Shown: positions 36,362 through 46,362, counted from the stretch's first letter. The stretch: DNA of 64,000 nt from an uncultured Candidatus Saccharimonas sp. (GCA_943353165.1 CALRAM010000003.1:32026-96025); one strand, 5' to 3'. Program-made: numbers and translations. The notes: generated by a model from the letters alone, not told the origin.

Positions 36362-39211
36362 GTGAAAATTCAAAGAAGAAACAACAAAAACATGATGAGC
36401 CGAAAGAAATTTACACTCTTAGTGTTTGTCCTTGGTGTCGTATCTACTCTTGTATTTATATTTTATGCAAAAATAGCAAATGCGGCAGTAGCCAACCCAC
36501 GCTTCTTGAACAAAGTATACATCAAATGGAATGGTGATGACTATGTAGACGTTAACCCTTATGACTCTTGGAACAGCTACGAGAAAGGTTCGACGGATTG
36601 TCGGGATACAATATATATCGATAAATTCGACAGCAAAACACCTAAAGCAATAATCTCTATTCAAACATATACCACGCAACAAGATGGCAAAAAGACTTGT
36701 AAGCTGGATAATGGTTATCCCAAAACAATAAGTATGGATGGAGTGGCAGAGAAAAATATACAAGGCTACAAAACAAAGAGCGATACAATCGTATTGATTG
36801 CGGGGGCAAGAAAACGTACCGATAAAAACTGGAATGGAGGTCTTGATCGGGAGAATTTTGCCTATTTGGGAATAGACATAAAAAATGGTAAGCCCGTAAT
36901 GCACACATATATTAACCCTCCAAAAAATGAGTGGAATTCACCTGCTGACAAAAACAGATACAAACAACTAAAGGACGGCGCAACAGTTGACGCACCAGAT
37001 TCATTAGAGAAATGGATATACGTAGATTTAGACGACAAAGACCCCAGTAAAGGAGTGTTGAATACATATATTGAAGAGCCTATTTTTTGGGGTCATGCTA
37101 ATCACTATGACATAAAAGTAGGCGACGTAGTGCTCGCCAATAACGGAAAAATAACGCCCCTTCCAGATGAAATAGCCTCTGTAGCCCAAACAAACGGCAC
37201 GGGCAGCACGGGCGACCCGGGCGACCAGTTTAAATGTGAAATTAGGCTCACTAACCCACTAACCTGGTTTGTTTGCCCGATGATAGATACAGCGCGGGAA
37301 TTAGTGAACAGTCTGAATGATGCGATAAACGACATGTTGACATTGCCTACAGATAAGCTTTTTGTCACTACTAACGATGTGGCAAACCAGTTTTATGCTT
37401 CGTGGAGTGGGTTTCGCTATATAGCTATGGGACTGTTGGTCATAATAGCCCTGATAATGGTGCTGTCGCAGGCCATAGGTGTGGGGCCGTTCGACGCCTA
37501 CACCATCAGAAAGGTCCTGCCCCGGCTGTTGGCGGCGGTAGTGCTGGTGTCTCTGTCGTGGCCGTTGATGAAACTAGCTGTGGACATCACCAACGGGGTC
37601 GGTCATTCGGTCAGCGGGCTGATATATAAACCTTTTGGGGACCAGCTACATCCGGGGAATCCTAGTAATGGATTTATGGGTGCCGTGTTTACAGGCGTCA
37701 TAGCTAGTGGCTTTGTTTTTGGTTTAGTTGGCCTTCTGGCGTTTGTAGCTACTGCGGCCCTTTCGCTGCTGTCTGGTATGGCCACGCTAATTTTTAGGGA
37801 AATGCTGATAATGTTCCTAGTGGTGGTGGCACCTGTGGCCATAATCTGTAGCATCCTGCCAAACACCCAAATCGTGTGGAAGAAATGGTCCGATTATTTC
37901 CTGCGGGCCTTGATAGTGTTTCCTATATTTAGCGGGGTGATTGCCATAGGGCAGGTGTTTGCGGTCATAGGGCCTGAGCTTCATACTGGACCCGTGGGTG
38001 ATTTGATACAGTTCATCGGGTATTTTGGGCCGTACTTTATGTTGCCAAAGATATTTGCTATGTCTGGTGGAGCCGTGGCGGCGGTCGGTTCTGTAGCCCA
38101 AAAAGCCACCGCCGGAATGCGTGGCGGCCTGTCCAATTACAGAAATAAAAAAGCGGGCAAACGAGTCACAAACGCTGGTGTGCGCTCAAAAGATGGGAAG
38201 TTTTTGCCAGGTCGTTTTGACCGATTTGGCGGCAATGCAATTAACCGGAGAGTGAGTGGAGTAGCTGGGGGTGCAAAGGCTGGCTTTGGATTTGGGGACA
38301 GGGGTAGGGCATACGAAACCGGTAGTTCAAATCGAGTGGCCGCAGAAGCCAAAAAAGCGCCTGGATTTGAACACAACAAGTATGAAGCTGGAGCTCTGAA
38401 AGCACTAACAGATCATAGTAACGAACATGAGGCGCGTGCTGCTGGTGTATCTGACGCTAATATTCAGATTGCAAAAACAATGGGAGGTTGGAGCGTTGGA
38501 ACAAGACAGGCTGCGCTGGAACAACGTTTTGCAAACAAGGACGGATTTGATAACGCAAGAGAGGCTATGGCTACAATAAATACTATGTCAGGAGGAAATG
38601 CTCGTAGACGTACTGGCCTGATGGCAACTGGTAAATATATAAGCAAACAAGTTGGTCGTGATGATATGGGTGCATTAAGCCTAAGAGCAACAAATGCAAG
38701 TGGTGCCTACACTGAGAGCGAAGCCCAATGGAATAACAGGATGACTGACGATGGATTTGAGAATATCACAACCTACGCTCTTGGCAGTGAACATGCTATT
38801 AGTTACAATAATATGGCGGTTGCACATGCCGTTCGATACGATGAGGCTGTGCAAGCCTACGCTGCCGCCCCTAACGATATTAATGCCAAGAATAGAGTCA
38901 TAGAAACCCGTACAAAACTTGAGGAAACTATGAAGAACGCTGGAAGTGCAACTGGTGCTAATGCGCGAGCTGCCGCAAGACTTACGGCTTTGATATCTGG
39001 CCCAGACGCCCAACTTAGGACCATAAGTCGTGATTCAGCCGGTAATCTTGACGGAGGAGTATCAATTCTAGGACCAGGAACAGCACCTGATCCTAACCAT
39101 GGCGACGCCGAAGGGGCCGTTGGCACCAATGGTTTAGCACGTGCGCCAGATGAAGAATATAGAAAAAGAATGGCTCGAGAGGGGAATTCGGGGCCCCCTG
39201 AAGTAACATAA
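36362..39211 (+). CDS. VirB6/TrbL-like polytopic T4SS channel protein with large N-terminal ectodomain and long C-terminal soluble domain
   Basis: 949 aa. It has a signal/anchor (FTLLVFVLGVVSTLVFIFYA), a roughly 300-aa ectodomain and about 7 TM helices between residues 345 and 590. A roughly 360-aa Gly/Ala/Arg/Asn-rich tail follows. The start could be the ATG at 36392. Confidence 0.65.
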   Translation: MKIQRRNNKNMMSRKKFTLLVFVLGVVSTLVFIFYAKIANAAVANPRFLNKVYIKWNGDDYVDVNPYDSWNSYEKGSTDCRDTIYIDKFDSKTPKAIISIQTYTTQQDGKKTCKLDNGYPKTISMDGVAEKNIQGYKTKSDTIVLIAGARKRTDKNWNGGLDRENFAYLGIDIKNGKPVMHTYINPPKNEWNSPADKNRYKQLKDGATVDAPDSLEKWIYVDLDDKDPSKGVLNTYIEEPIFWGHANHYDIKVGDVVLANNGKITPLPDEIASVAQTNGTGSTGDPGDQFKCEIRLTNPLTWFVCPMIDTARELVNSLNDAINDMLTLPTDKLFVTTNDVANQFYASWSGFRYIAMGLLVIIALIMVLSQAIGVGPFDAYTIRKVLPRLLAAVVLVSLSWPLMKLAVDITNGVGHSVSGLIYKPFGDQLHPGNPSNGFMGAVFTGVIASGFVFGLVGLLAFVATAALSLLSGMATLIFREMLIMFLVVVAPVAIICSILPNTQIVWKKWSDYFLRALIVFPIFSGVIAIGQVFAVIGPELHTGPVGDLIQFIGYFGPYFMLPKIFAMSGGAVAAVGSVAQKATAGMRGGLSNYRNKKAGKRVTNAGVRSKDGKFLPGRFDRFGGNAINRRVSGVAGGAKAGFGFGDRGRAYETGSSNRVAAEAKKAPGFEHNKYEAGALKALTDHSNEHEARAAGVSDANIQIAKTMGGWSVGTRQAALEQRFANKDGFDNAREAMATINTMSGGNARRRTGLMATGKYISKQVGRDDMGALSLRATNASGAYTESEAQWNNRMTDDGFENITTYALGSEHAISYNNMAVAHAVRYDEAVQAYAAAPNDINAKNRVIETRTKLEETMKNAGSATGANARAAARLTALISGPDAQLRTISRDSAGNLDGGVSILGPGTAPDPNHGDAEGAVGTNGLARAPDEEYRKRMAREGNSGPPEVT

Positions 39212-39216
39212 CTAAT

Positions 39217-40233
39217 ATGGCAACATACAAAGTAATTCAAGATATTGAAGCAGAGGACAAACTGATTGGGCCGTTGAGCCTGCGTCAGTTTATATATGCC
39301 ATAGTTATGCTGGCTATATTGTTTGTGGGCTACACGATAGCGACTATACCCCAGGTAATCTACCTAAAAATAGGTTTGGCCTTGCCTTTTTTGTTTCCTG
39401 CTATGTTGTTTGGATTTTTGGCGTCGCCTTTTGGGCACGACCAAACCAGCGAAGTGTGGTTGCTGGCAAAAATACGCTTTATCCTAAAACCTCGCATCAG
39501 AATATGGGACCAAAATGGTATGAAAGAATTGGTCACTATATTGGTGCCCAAAAAAATAGAGCGAATATACACGGATGGTATGACTCAGCTGGAGGTCAAA
39601 AGCCGGCTAAAAGCTCTGGCTAACACCATAGACAGTAGGGGTTGGGCGGTCAAAAACGCAGATGTAAATATCTATAGCCCGCCGTCGTATTTGGCGGGCC
39701 AAACAAGCTCTGACAGGCTGGTAAGCCCTACGTCAAATACACAGGAAGTGCCTCTGTTCAACGAAGCTTCATATGTAGATGTGCTGGATGAACAAAACAG
39801 CGTAACTGCCCAAAACTACGGAAAGTTAGTCGCCTCGTCGCAGGACTATCATAGACAGCAGGCCGTATCTGCCATGAACGGACTAAAAGAAACAAACTTG
39901 CCCAGCCCAACGGACGGACAGCCAAACAACAATTGGTTTGTCAGTCCAGCGCCTGCTAGCCCATCAACAACTTTGCCCCAACACCAGTCCTTCAGTCCAG
40001 CGCCTGCTAGCCCATCAACAACTTTGCCCCAACACCAGTCCGTCAGTCCAGCGCCTGCTAGCCCATCAACTAACGCAGAAAACAAACCACAAGCCGCTTG
40101 GCCAACACCGCCCAATCCTGCTATAATTGGTCTGGTAAACAACAATGACCTAAATGTGGCAACTATTGCTCGCCAAGCCGGCAAAATTAGCGAGCAATCA
40201 TCGGGCGATGAAGTAACTATATCGCTCCGATAA
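39217..40233 (+). CDS. PrgI-family (VirB3-like) T4SS membrane protein with Pro/Ser-rich repeat tail
   Basis: 338 aa. The N-terminus YKVIQDIEAEDKLIGPLSLRQFIYAIVMLAILFVGY followed by a second TM is the PrgI-type signature as I recall it. The C-terminal half is low complexity. Confidence 0.65.
   Translation: MATYKVIQDIEAEDKLIGPLSLRQFIYAIVMLAILFVGYTIATIPQVIYLKIGLALPFLFPAMLFGFLASPFGHDQTSEVWLLAKIRFILKPRIRIWDQNGMKELVTILVPKKIERIYTDGMTQLEVKSRLKALANTIDSRGWAVKNADVNIYSPPSYLAGQTSSDRLVSPTSNTQEVPLFNEASYVDVLDEQNSVTAQNYGKLVASSQDYHRQQAVSAMNGLKETNLPSPTDGQPNNNWFVSPAPASPSTTLPQHQSFSPAPASPSTTLPQHQSVSPAPASPSTNAENKPQAAWPTPPNPAIIGLVNNNDLNVATIARQAGKISEQSSGDEVTISLR
39942..40071. repeat. 51-bp in-frame tandem repeat, about 2.5 copies (SPAPASPSTTLPQHQS)
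   Basis: The unit cagtccagcgcctgctagcccatcaacaactttgccccaacaccagtccNt occurs at 39942 and 39993, with a partial copy from 40044. Confidence 0.85.
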
Positions 40234-40279
40234 AGCCAAACCATGCAGGCCAAAATCCCAGAGTGTGGGGGGAATAGAT

Positions 40280-41173
40280 ATGAATCCTAGTTCAAACCAG
40301 CTACCAGCACCAAACGGTCAACCGTCGGATCCTTTTGTACCCCAAAAACAGCCCGGCGGCAGCTACCAAGCACCTCCTACGGCGGTAGCTACAACTTTGC
40401 CGTCAAATGTCGGTACGCCTGGAGTAATGGCCGTACCTATGAAAAGCAACCCCAATAGCACCCAAAACACCCTACAAATAGCAGAGATTCGGGACGGCAT
40501 AGTTATCATGAACGACGGGTCTTTTCGGGCGGTCGTGATGGTAAAATCTATCAACTTTGACCTAATGAGTGGGCAGGAACGCGAAGGCGTCGAGTTCTCT
40601 TTTCAGGGATTTTTGAACGCACTATATTTTCCTATACAGATATTTGTCCGAACCCAACGGGTAGATTTGCGACCTTATCTGGAAAAACTAGACAAACTGC
40701 GAAGCGAACAAGACAATATGTTGCTGGCGATGTTGATGGAAGATTATCTGGGCTACATAGACAATCTGGCCGCTCAGACAAACATTATGGACAAAAGGTC
40801 CTATCTGATTGTGCCGTTTTTTCCCTTCGAAGAGACCCAGAATCCTCTGATCCAGAGCAAAAGCTTTTTCTCTGGACTGGCGGGACTGTTTAGTAGCAAA
40901 GAGCTCCATGTAAATATAGATGAACCAACGCTAGCAAAGGCCAAAGACGAACTACGCAATCGCATACAGTCGGTGATGGGCGGACTACAACAGTGCGGCG
41001 TACAGAGTTTGCCATTGGACACCCAGGAATTGATAGAGCTCTACTACGACGCCTATAACCCCGACACAGCTACTCGGCAACAGCTAAAAAACTTTGACGA
41101 TTTGACCGTCCCCGTGGTAACAAAAGGTACTGGCGAAGCACCCACGCCAAACTTGGACAAGGTGGTAATGTAG
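40280..41173 (+). CDS. T4SS-associated hypothetical protein
   Basis: 297 aa counted from the ATG at 40280, which is preceded by GGGGGGA (the ORF track uses GTG at 40265). It has a Pro/Gln-rich head and no TM. Its stop overlaps the virB4 start (taGTG). Confidence 0.6.
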   Translation: MNPSSNQLPAPNGQPSDPFVPQKQPGGSYQAPPTAVATTLPSNVGTPGVMAVPMKSNPNSTQNTLQIAEIRDGIVIMNDGSFRAVVMVKSINFDLMSGQEREGVEFSFQGFLNALYFPIQIFVRTQRVDLRPYLEKLDKLRSEQDNMLLAMLMEDYLGYIDNLAAQTNIMDKRSYLIVPFFPFEETQNPLIQSKSFFSGLAGLFSSKELHVNIDEPTLAKAKDELRNRIQSVMGGLQQCGVQSLPLDTQELIELYYDAYNPDTATRQQLKNFDDLTVPVVTKGTGEAPTPNLDKVVM

Positions 41174-43083
41174 TGGCCAAAAAACCAAAACTAGATGCGG
41201 TAGCTCTGGCGGCTCAACAACGCCAAAACGAAGTCCAAGAGGTAAATATCGCTTTTCAGAAGGGCATAACTGCCTTGCGCGATTTTATTGCCCCTAGCTC
41301 TCTGGAGTTCAAACCCACCTATTTCCAGATAGGCACTCGTTATGCCAGAACATATTATGTGTATGGCTACCCCCGTCAAATATACACAGGCTGGCTGAGT
41401 AGCATGATCAACCTAGACGAAGTCATTGACCTGTCTATGTTCATCTATCCTGTAGAGAGTCAGGTTGTCCTAGAAAACCTTCGCAAAAAAGTCGGTCAAT
41501 TAGAGGCGGGGATACAGATAGACAACGAAAAAGGTCGGGTCCGAGACCCAGGCAAAGAAGCGGCCGTCCAAGACGCCGAGGAAATGAGAGACAAACTACA
41601 AGTCGGCGAAGAGCGTTTCTTTCGATTTGGGCTGTATTTTACCGTTTATGGCGACAGTTTGGACGAGCTGGAGTTTGTGTCGCACAAAGTCGAGTCTATG
41701 TTGGGGCAGCAATTAGTATACTCAAAACCAGCTACTTCCCAGCAAGAGCAAGGCCTAAACAGCACCATCCCGCAGTTTACCGACAAGCTTCAGATACGAC
41801 GCAACTTTAACACCGGTGCGTTGAGCACTAGCTTTCCGTTCACCAGCGCCGACCTCAGCCAAGAAAACGGCATATTGTACGGCATAAATATGCACAACTC
41901 TGGATTGGTTATTTTCGACCGTTTTAGTTTGGAAAACGGCAATTCGGTAGTATTTGCAAAGTCTGGGGCGGGCAAATCTTTTGCCGTAAAACTAGAAGCA
42001 CTGCGTAGTCTGATGTTTGGCACAGAAATATTTATCATTGACCCAGAGAACGAATATCAGCGCATGGCCGAAGCAGTCGGTGGTGCCTATGTGCGCCTCA
42101 GCCTGAACTCGAACACCAGAATTAACCCATTTGACCTGCCCAAAGTTGTAGATACAGAGGAAGCCGACAATGCCCTGCGCAGCAACCTGATAACCCTGCA
42201 CGGACTGCTAAGACTGATGATGGGTGGAGCTCAGGCCCAAATGGCTTCCACAGGCACAGGAGGTGGAGCGGTAGCACCAGCCCTCAGCCCCGTAGAAGAG
42301 GCCGACCTAGATGCCTCGTTGATAGAAACCTACGCAAAAGCAGGTATCACAAACGATGTACTGACCCACAAATCCACACCACCGACCATAAACGACCTGT
42401 ACGACACCCTATTGCATATGGGCGGAACAGGGCCCCAGCTAGCCCAAAGACTCCGCAAATACACTACTGGAACTTTTGCTGGTATTTTTAGCCAACCCAG
42501 CAATATAGACATCAACAATCCGATGGTGGTATTCAATATGCGCGACCTAGAGGACGAACTGCGACCAGTGGCCATGTACATAGTGCTGAACTTTATCTGG
42601 AACAAAACAAAGAGCGACCAAAAGCGCAGAATCCTGATAGTCGACGAAGCCTGGCAACTGATGAAATACGAAGATTCGGCTAGCTTTTTGTTCTCGCTAG
42701 CCAAAAGAGCCAGAAAATACAATCTGGGCATAACCACCATCAGCCAAGATGTAGAGGACTTTATGGGTTCTAGGATGGGACGGGCTATTGTGGCAAACGC
42801 CAGCATGCAACTGCTACTAAAACAGTCTGCATCGGCTGTAAATGTGCTGGCCGAAACATTCAAACTGACCGAAGAGGAAAAAAAGCGCCTGGGTCAATTC
42901 CCGGTTGGACAGGGCTTGTTTTTTGCAGGTCAAAACCATGTACACATCCAGATATCTGCCAGTCCCACAGAAACAGGTTTGATAACTACCAACCCTGCCG
43001 AAGTCCAAAAAATCCAACAAGGCGAAATAAACCAACCCCAAGGTAATATAGACCTAAACAATCGGCCAGTTGCTGGAGTATAA
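41173..43083 (+). CDS. virB4: VirB4/TrbE/PrgJ-type T4SS ATPase
   Basis: 636 aa. It has Walker A VFAKSGAGKSF and Walker B RILIVDEAWQLM. The N-terminal domain pattern FIAPSSLEFKPTYFQIGTRYARTYYVYGYPRQIYTGWL is typical of Gram-positive VirB4 homologues. Confidence 0.85.
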   Translation: MAKKPKLDAVALAAQQRQNEVQEVNIAFQKGITALRDFIAPSSLEFKPTYFQIGTRYARTYYVYGYPRQIYTGWLSSMINLDEVIDLSMFIYPVESQVVLENLRKKVGQLEAGIQIDNEKGRVRDPGKEAAVQDAEEMRDKLQVGEERFFRFGLYFTVYGDSLDELEFVSHKVESMLGQQLVYSKPATSQQEQGLNSTIPQFTDKLQIRRNFNTGALSTSFPFTSADLSQENGILYGINMHNSGLVIFDRFSLENGNSVVFAKSGAGKSFAVKLEALRSLMFGTEIFIIDPENEYQRMAEAVGGAYVRLSLNSNTRINPFDLPKVVDTEEADNALRSNLITLHGLLRLMMGGAQAQMASTGTGGGAVAPALSPVEEADLDASLIETYAKAGITNDVLTHKSTPPTINDLYDTLLHMGGTGPQLAQRLRKYTTGTFAGIFSQPSNIDINNPMVVFNMRDLEDELRPVAMYIVLNFIWNKTKSDQKRRILIVDEAWQLMKYEDSASFLFSLAKRARKYNLGITTISQDVEDFMGSRMGRAIVANASMQLLLKQSASAVNVLAETFKLTEEEKKRLGQFPVGQGLFFAGQNHVHIQISASPTETGLITTNPAEVQKIQQGEINQPQGNIDLNNRPVAGV

Positions 43084-43137
43084 ATTTATCTGCTCTATGA
43101 ATATGAACAACACTAGAAACTCAAAAGGACACGCCAA

Positions 43138-46100
43138 GTGGCTGGACTAGACACTGACGAACTAAATGACCTGGAAAACAGCTCTACCGACGCGGGCACG
43201 GATTTTTCTGGAAACATAGATGCCAGCTACGAAAAACCAGCTCTGGACATTGCAAATGCTGAATCTTCTGCTCCAGAGACAGAGCCTGACACAGATGCAG
43301 AGTCGACGGACAGCGGCCCAAAATCCACATTTAACTACAAAAACGACAACAAAAATAAAAAAAAGAAAAGCTCAAAGAAGAAAAAGAAAATAGCCTTGCT
43401 AATTGGGAGCGGTGGAGGCTTTTTGATGTTGGCTGTGTTGGTGATTTTTATGGCTAATATGTTGAAAATCCCTAACTTGGCCCAGCACATAGCCGAATAT
43501 AATATGTTTAGCATGGCCAGAACTTTTAATAAAACGGCCAGTCAAAGCCTGGCCGAAAAGTTTGCGGTGGATTCAGAAGAAGAAGTTTTTCAAGCTACTT
43601 TGAAGAGCCAGTTTGGGGAAAGTTACCAGAGTTTTAGGGGCTCGACATGGGGCAAACTAGACAAATATAGACCACAACAAGTCATAAAAAATCTGGGAAA
43701 GGAGGGTGATTTAAATTATATATATAGAGAAAAGCCCCGAGGATTTGGTTTGCCGGGTAACACGCTGGTTTTAGAATCCCTAGAAATAAAAGGAAAATCA
43801 ATACCTTTGCCCGAAAAAAATTGGTTGCACTATTTTGAAAATTCTGAAAACAAGATAAATTTCAGTGGAGAGATTGACGCTGCAATCGCTGCCAGCAATC
43901 CAGAAGTGGGGTTTTTTACCAGAGGTAGAATAGCAAAAAGATTAATGGGCGACGTGGGTGTCGAGCTGAATTTTTGGCAAAAAGCGGCTGCTGGTTATAA
44001 AAAGCTAAGTGGGTCGGATGCTCTAAGAAAACAGCAAGTGGACGAATATAACAGGGTAAGCACCCCTGCCACAGAGGGTTGTGCAGCTACACCTACTTGT
44101 AATGCTGCTGCGGAGGCAAGTGCTGCTGAGAAAAAGGCAGTAAACAATGCTGCTGAGAATGGGACTATAGATGAAGCTGTTACAGAAACAGCGATAAAAA
44201 ACGCATCGAAAGAAAGCCTGGGCTTAAAAATTTTCCAAGCTGCAGGGGCGGTGTATGAGATAGCCCTACCTATTTGCATAATATACGATGCCTCCATAGT
44301 AAAAGCCCAGCCTGTGATTGACTCCAAGAACGCGGCCCTCCAAAAAACATATTACGGTCTAATGACAGCAGCCGACCAACAAAAATCAGGCCAAACAAAT
44401 GCAGTAGCAGTTGGAGCTATGAACAACAAATTAGGTGATATATCTGGTTCTCTACCAGAACAGAGGGCATACGGCAGAAAAGTCAGCACCAATGATTTCG
44501 TAGCCGAACCAGACCAGCCGCAGAACGGTGGAGTCTCCGAAGACATGTCAGTAGCCAACCTGCTGCCTGGATTTGTTGGTAACTTCTCGGATAAATTTCT
44601 AGAGAAATCCTGCCCGATATTGCTGGACCCAAAAACTACCGCGGCACTTATCGTTGCTCAGCTGGCGATTGCTGGGATTAGTCTGGGTGGTGGCTCGGTG
44701 GCGGAAGAAGGTCTTGTACAAGCAACAAAGACAGCGATTGCCAAGATATTCGATAGAGAAGCAGCTGTAATCGTCGAGGAGGAGGTCGTACAAGGTGCCG
44801 CCCGATTAACTGTGGAAGAAGCCGCTGCTCAAGCAACCACAAGAGCTCTTGGGGAAGAAGCGGGTACAGCTATCGCAAAAAAAACTGCTGAAAAAACACT
44901 GAAGGGCAAAATGGGTTCTCTGGCGAGAAAATTAACCCGTGATGCATTTATAATAGGAGGTGGTAGTCTGGTGGCAAAACTATCAGTATTGGCACATATG
45001 GGGGGCAATACTAACGGATTAGAAACCGGCAGCTCCTATGCAAACAGGGCAGATATGGGGGGCAACCTGGTTGGCAACGATATTCACAGACAAGCTCTCA
45101 TGGGTCGACCCCTAGACGAGGTGGAGCAGATAGCCAGCCGAGCAGAAGACCAAAAAGACCTGGCCATGATAACTAGCAGAGAAAGCGCCTGGAATAGATA
45201 TCTGGCTATAGGCAACATACATTCGCTGATTTCTAGGCTTGGGTTTGGAATGTTGAATCGCTTTGGATACAGCAATACGGCTCATTTTTCTGCCATAAGG
45301 AACATCCTGAGCTTAGGGTTTGTCAGGAATAGTTTGGGATTTATCCAGAACATGTCCCCCGGACACGGTATCGTGTCGGCGGCAGCCAGTCAAACAGACA
45401 ATTATGGAATAATCCAGTGGGGTTGGACAAAAGAAGAGTTGGATCTTTCTGCAACCGACCCCTCCTATGGCATCATCATAAACGATGAAATATACAACAG
45501 GAGAACCGATAAAAAGGATATAGAGGATAAATACAGCAAATGCTTTACCAAATCCATGGGTGAGCTATTGAAATTAGGGTTAGTAGTCAAAAAAGGTGGC
45601 AAAATAATAGAAGGTAATGAAATACTATGTACTCCAAAAAACCTAGGGATAAACAATACTGAATTTAAGGACGGGGTATTTAGATACAGACTGTCCGTAA
45701 AAAATAACAATGCCCTAGATCATCTGTTAGATGTCCAAAATGTTGGGGAAAACGACAGCCCGTTGGCAACTGTGTCAAACACAGGTGGAATTGTCGGGGA
45801 CACCAGCCAGACATCGGTAGATGTGGCCTGCGCAACAGGAACAAACGATCTGGGAATTGGCGATGGCTACAGCAACGGTCAGTTAGTAAAAATTCGTCTT
45901 TGTGCAATTCCTGGGTTGCCTAGCACAGGTGGTGAAAGTACTCCCGGAAACGCCTACTATGTAAACGGGGCAGACGGAAAGGGCATAGTAAACTCTCGTA
46001 TCTCTGGTGCTGCATTGTCGATGATTGATTCTGCATTAAAAGCCGGCAAGGCAGTGAAAGCTATCAGCACTTTCAGGACTATGGCAAACCAGCAGTCTGT

Positions 46101-46362
46101 ATGTGGTGGTACCTGCGACGGAACAGCCGTAGCACGACCAGGCTTTTCTAATCATCAGATGGGACTGGCTATAGACTTTGCTGGTACCAGAGTTGGTAGT
46201 TCTAGCTCTACCAGCTGTGTCGGCAGAGCAACAGACGCAAACAGCCCTATATGGGACTGGTTGTACAAAAATGCAGAACAATTTGGTTTCAAACAATACA
46301 CAAAGGAATCGTGGCATTGGGACACTATGGTCAGTCCTAGTAGGTGTGGTTCGGCACAATGA
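43138..46362 (+). CDS. membrane-anchored giant protein with C-terminal VanY/LAS-type (peptidase M15) cell-wall peptidase domain
   Basis: 1074 aa. It has an acidic head, a poly-Lys tract (KNKKKKSSKKKKK) and one TM (IALLIGSGGGFLMLAVLVIF). About 800 aa are unassigned. The C-terminus carries LAS motifs FSNHQMGLAIDF (H-x6-D) and ESWHWD (E-x2-H). Confidence 0.7.
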   Translation: MAGLDTDELNDLENSSTDAGTDFSGNIDASYEKPALDIANAESSAPETEPDTDAESTDSGPKSTFNYKNDNKNKKKKSSKKKKKIALLIGSGGGFLMLAVLVIFMANMLKIPNLAQHIAEYNMFSMARTFNKTASQSLAEKFAVDSEEEVFQATLKSQFGESYQSFRGSTWGKLDKYRPQQVIKNLGKEGDLNYIYREKPRGFGLPGNTLVLESLEIKGKSIPLPEKNWLHYFENSENKINFSGEIDAAIAASNPEVGFFTRGRIAKRLMGDVGVELNFWQKAAAGYKKLSGSDALRKQQVDEYNRVSTPATEGCAATPTCNAAAEASAAEKKAVNNAAENGTIDEAVTETAIKNASKESLGLKIFQAAGAVYEIALPICIIYDASIVKAQPVIDSKNAALQKTYYGLMTAADQQKSGQTNAVAVGAMNNKLGDISGSLPEQRAYGRKVSTNDFVAEPDQPQNGGVSEDMSVANLLPGFVGNFSDKFLEKSCPILLDPKTTAALIVAQLAIAGISLGGGSVAEEGLVQATKTAIAKIFDREAAVIVEEEVVQGAARLTVEEAAAQATTRALGEEAGTAIAKKTAEKTLKGKMGSLARKLTRDAFIIGGGSLVAKLSVLAHMGGNTNGLETGSSYANRADMGGNLVGNDIHRQALMGRPLDEVEQIASRAEDQKDLAMITSRESAWNRYLAIGNIHSLISRLGFGMLNRFGYSNTAHFSAIRNILSLGFVRNSLGFIQNMSPGHGIVSAAASQTDNYGIIQWGWTKEELDLSATDPSYGIIINDEIYNRRTDKKDIEDKYSKCFTKSMGELLKLGLVVKKGGKIIEGNEILCTPKNLGINNTEFKDGVFRYRLSVKNNNALDHLLDVQNVGENDSPLATVSNTGGIVGDTSQTSVDVACATGTNDLGIGDGYSNGQLVKIRLCAIPGLPSTGGESTPGNAYYVNGADGKGIVNSRISGAALSMIDSALKAGKAVKAISTFRTMANQQSVCGGTCDGTAVARPGFSNHQMGLAIDFAGTRVGSSSSTSCVGRATDANSPIWDWLYKNAEQFGFKQYTKESWHWDTMVSPSRCGSAQ

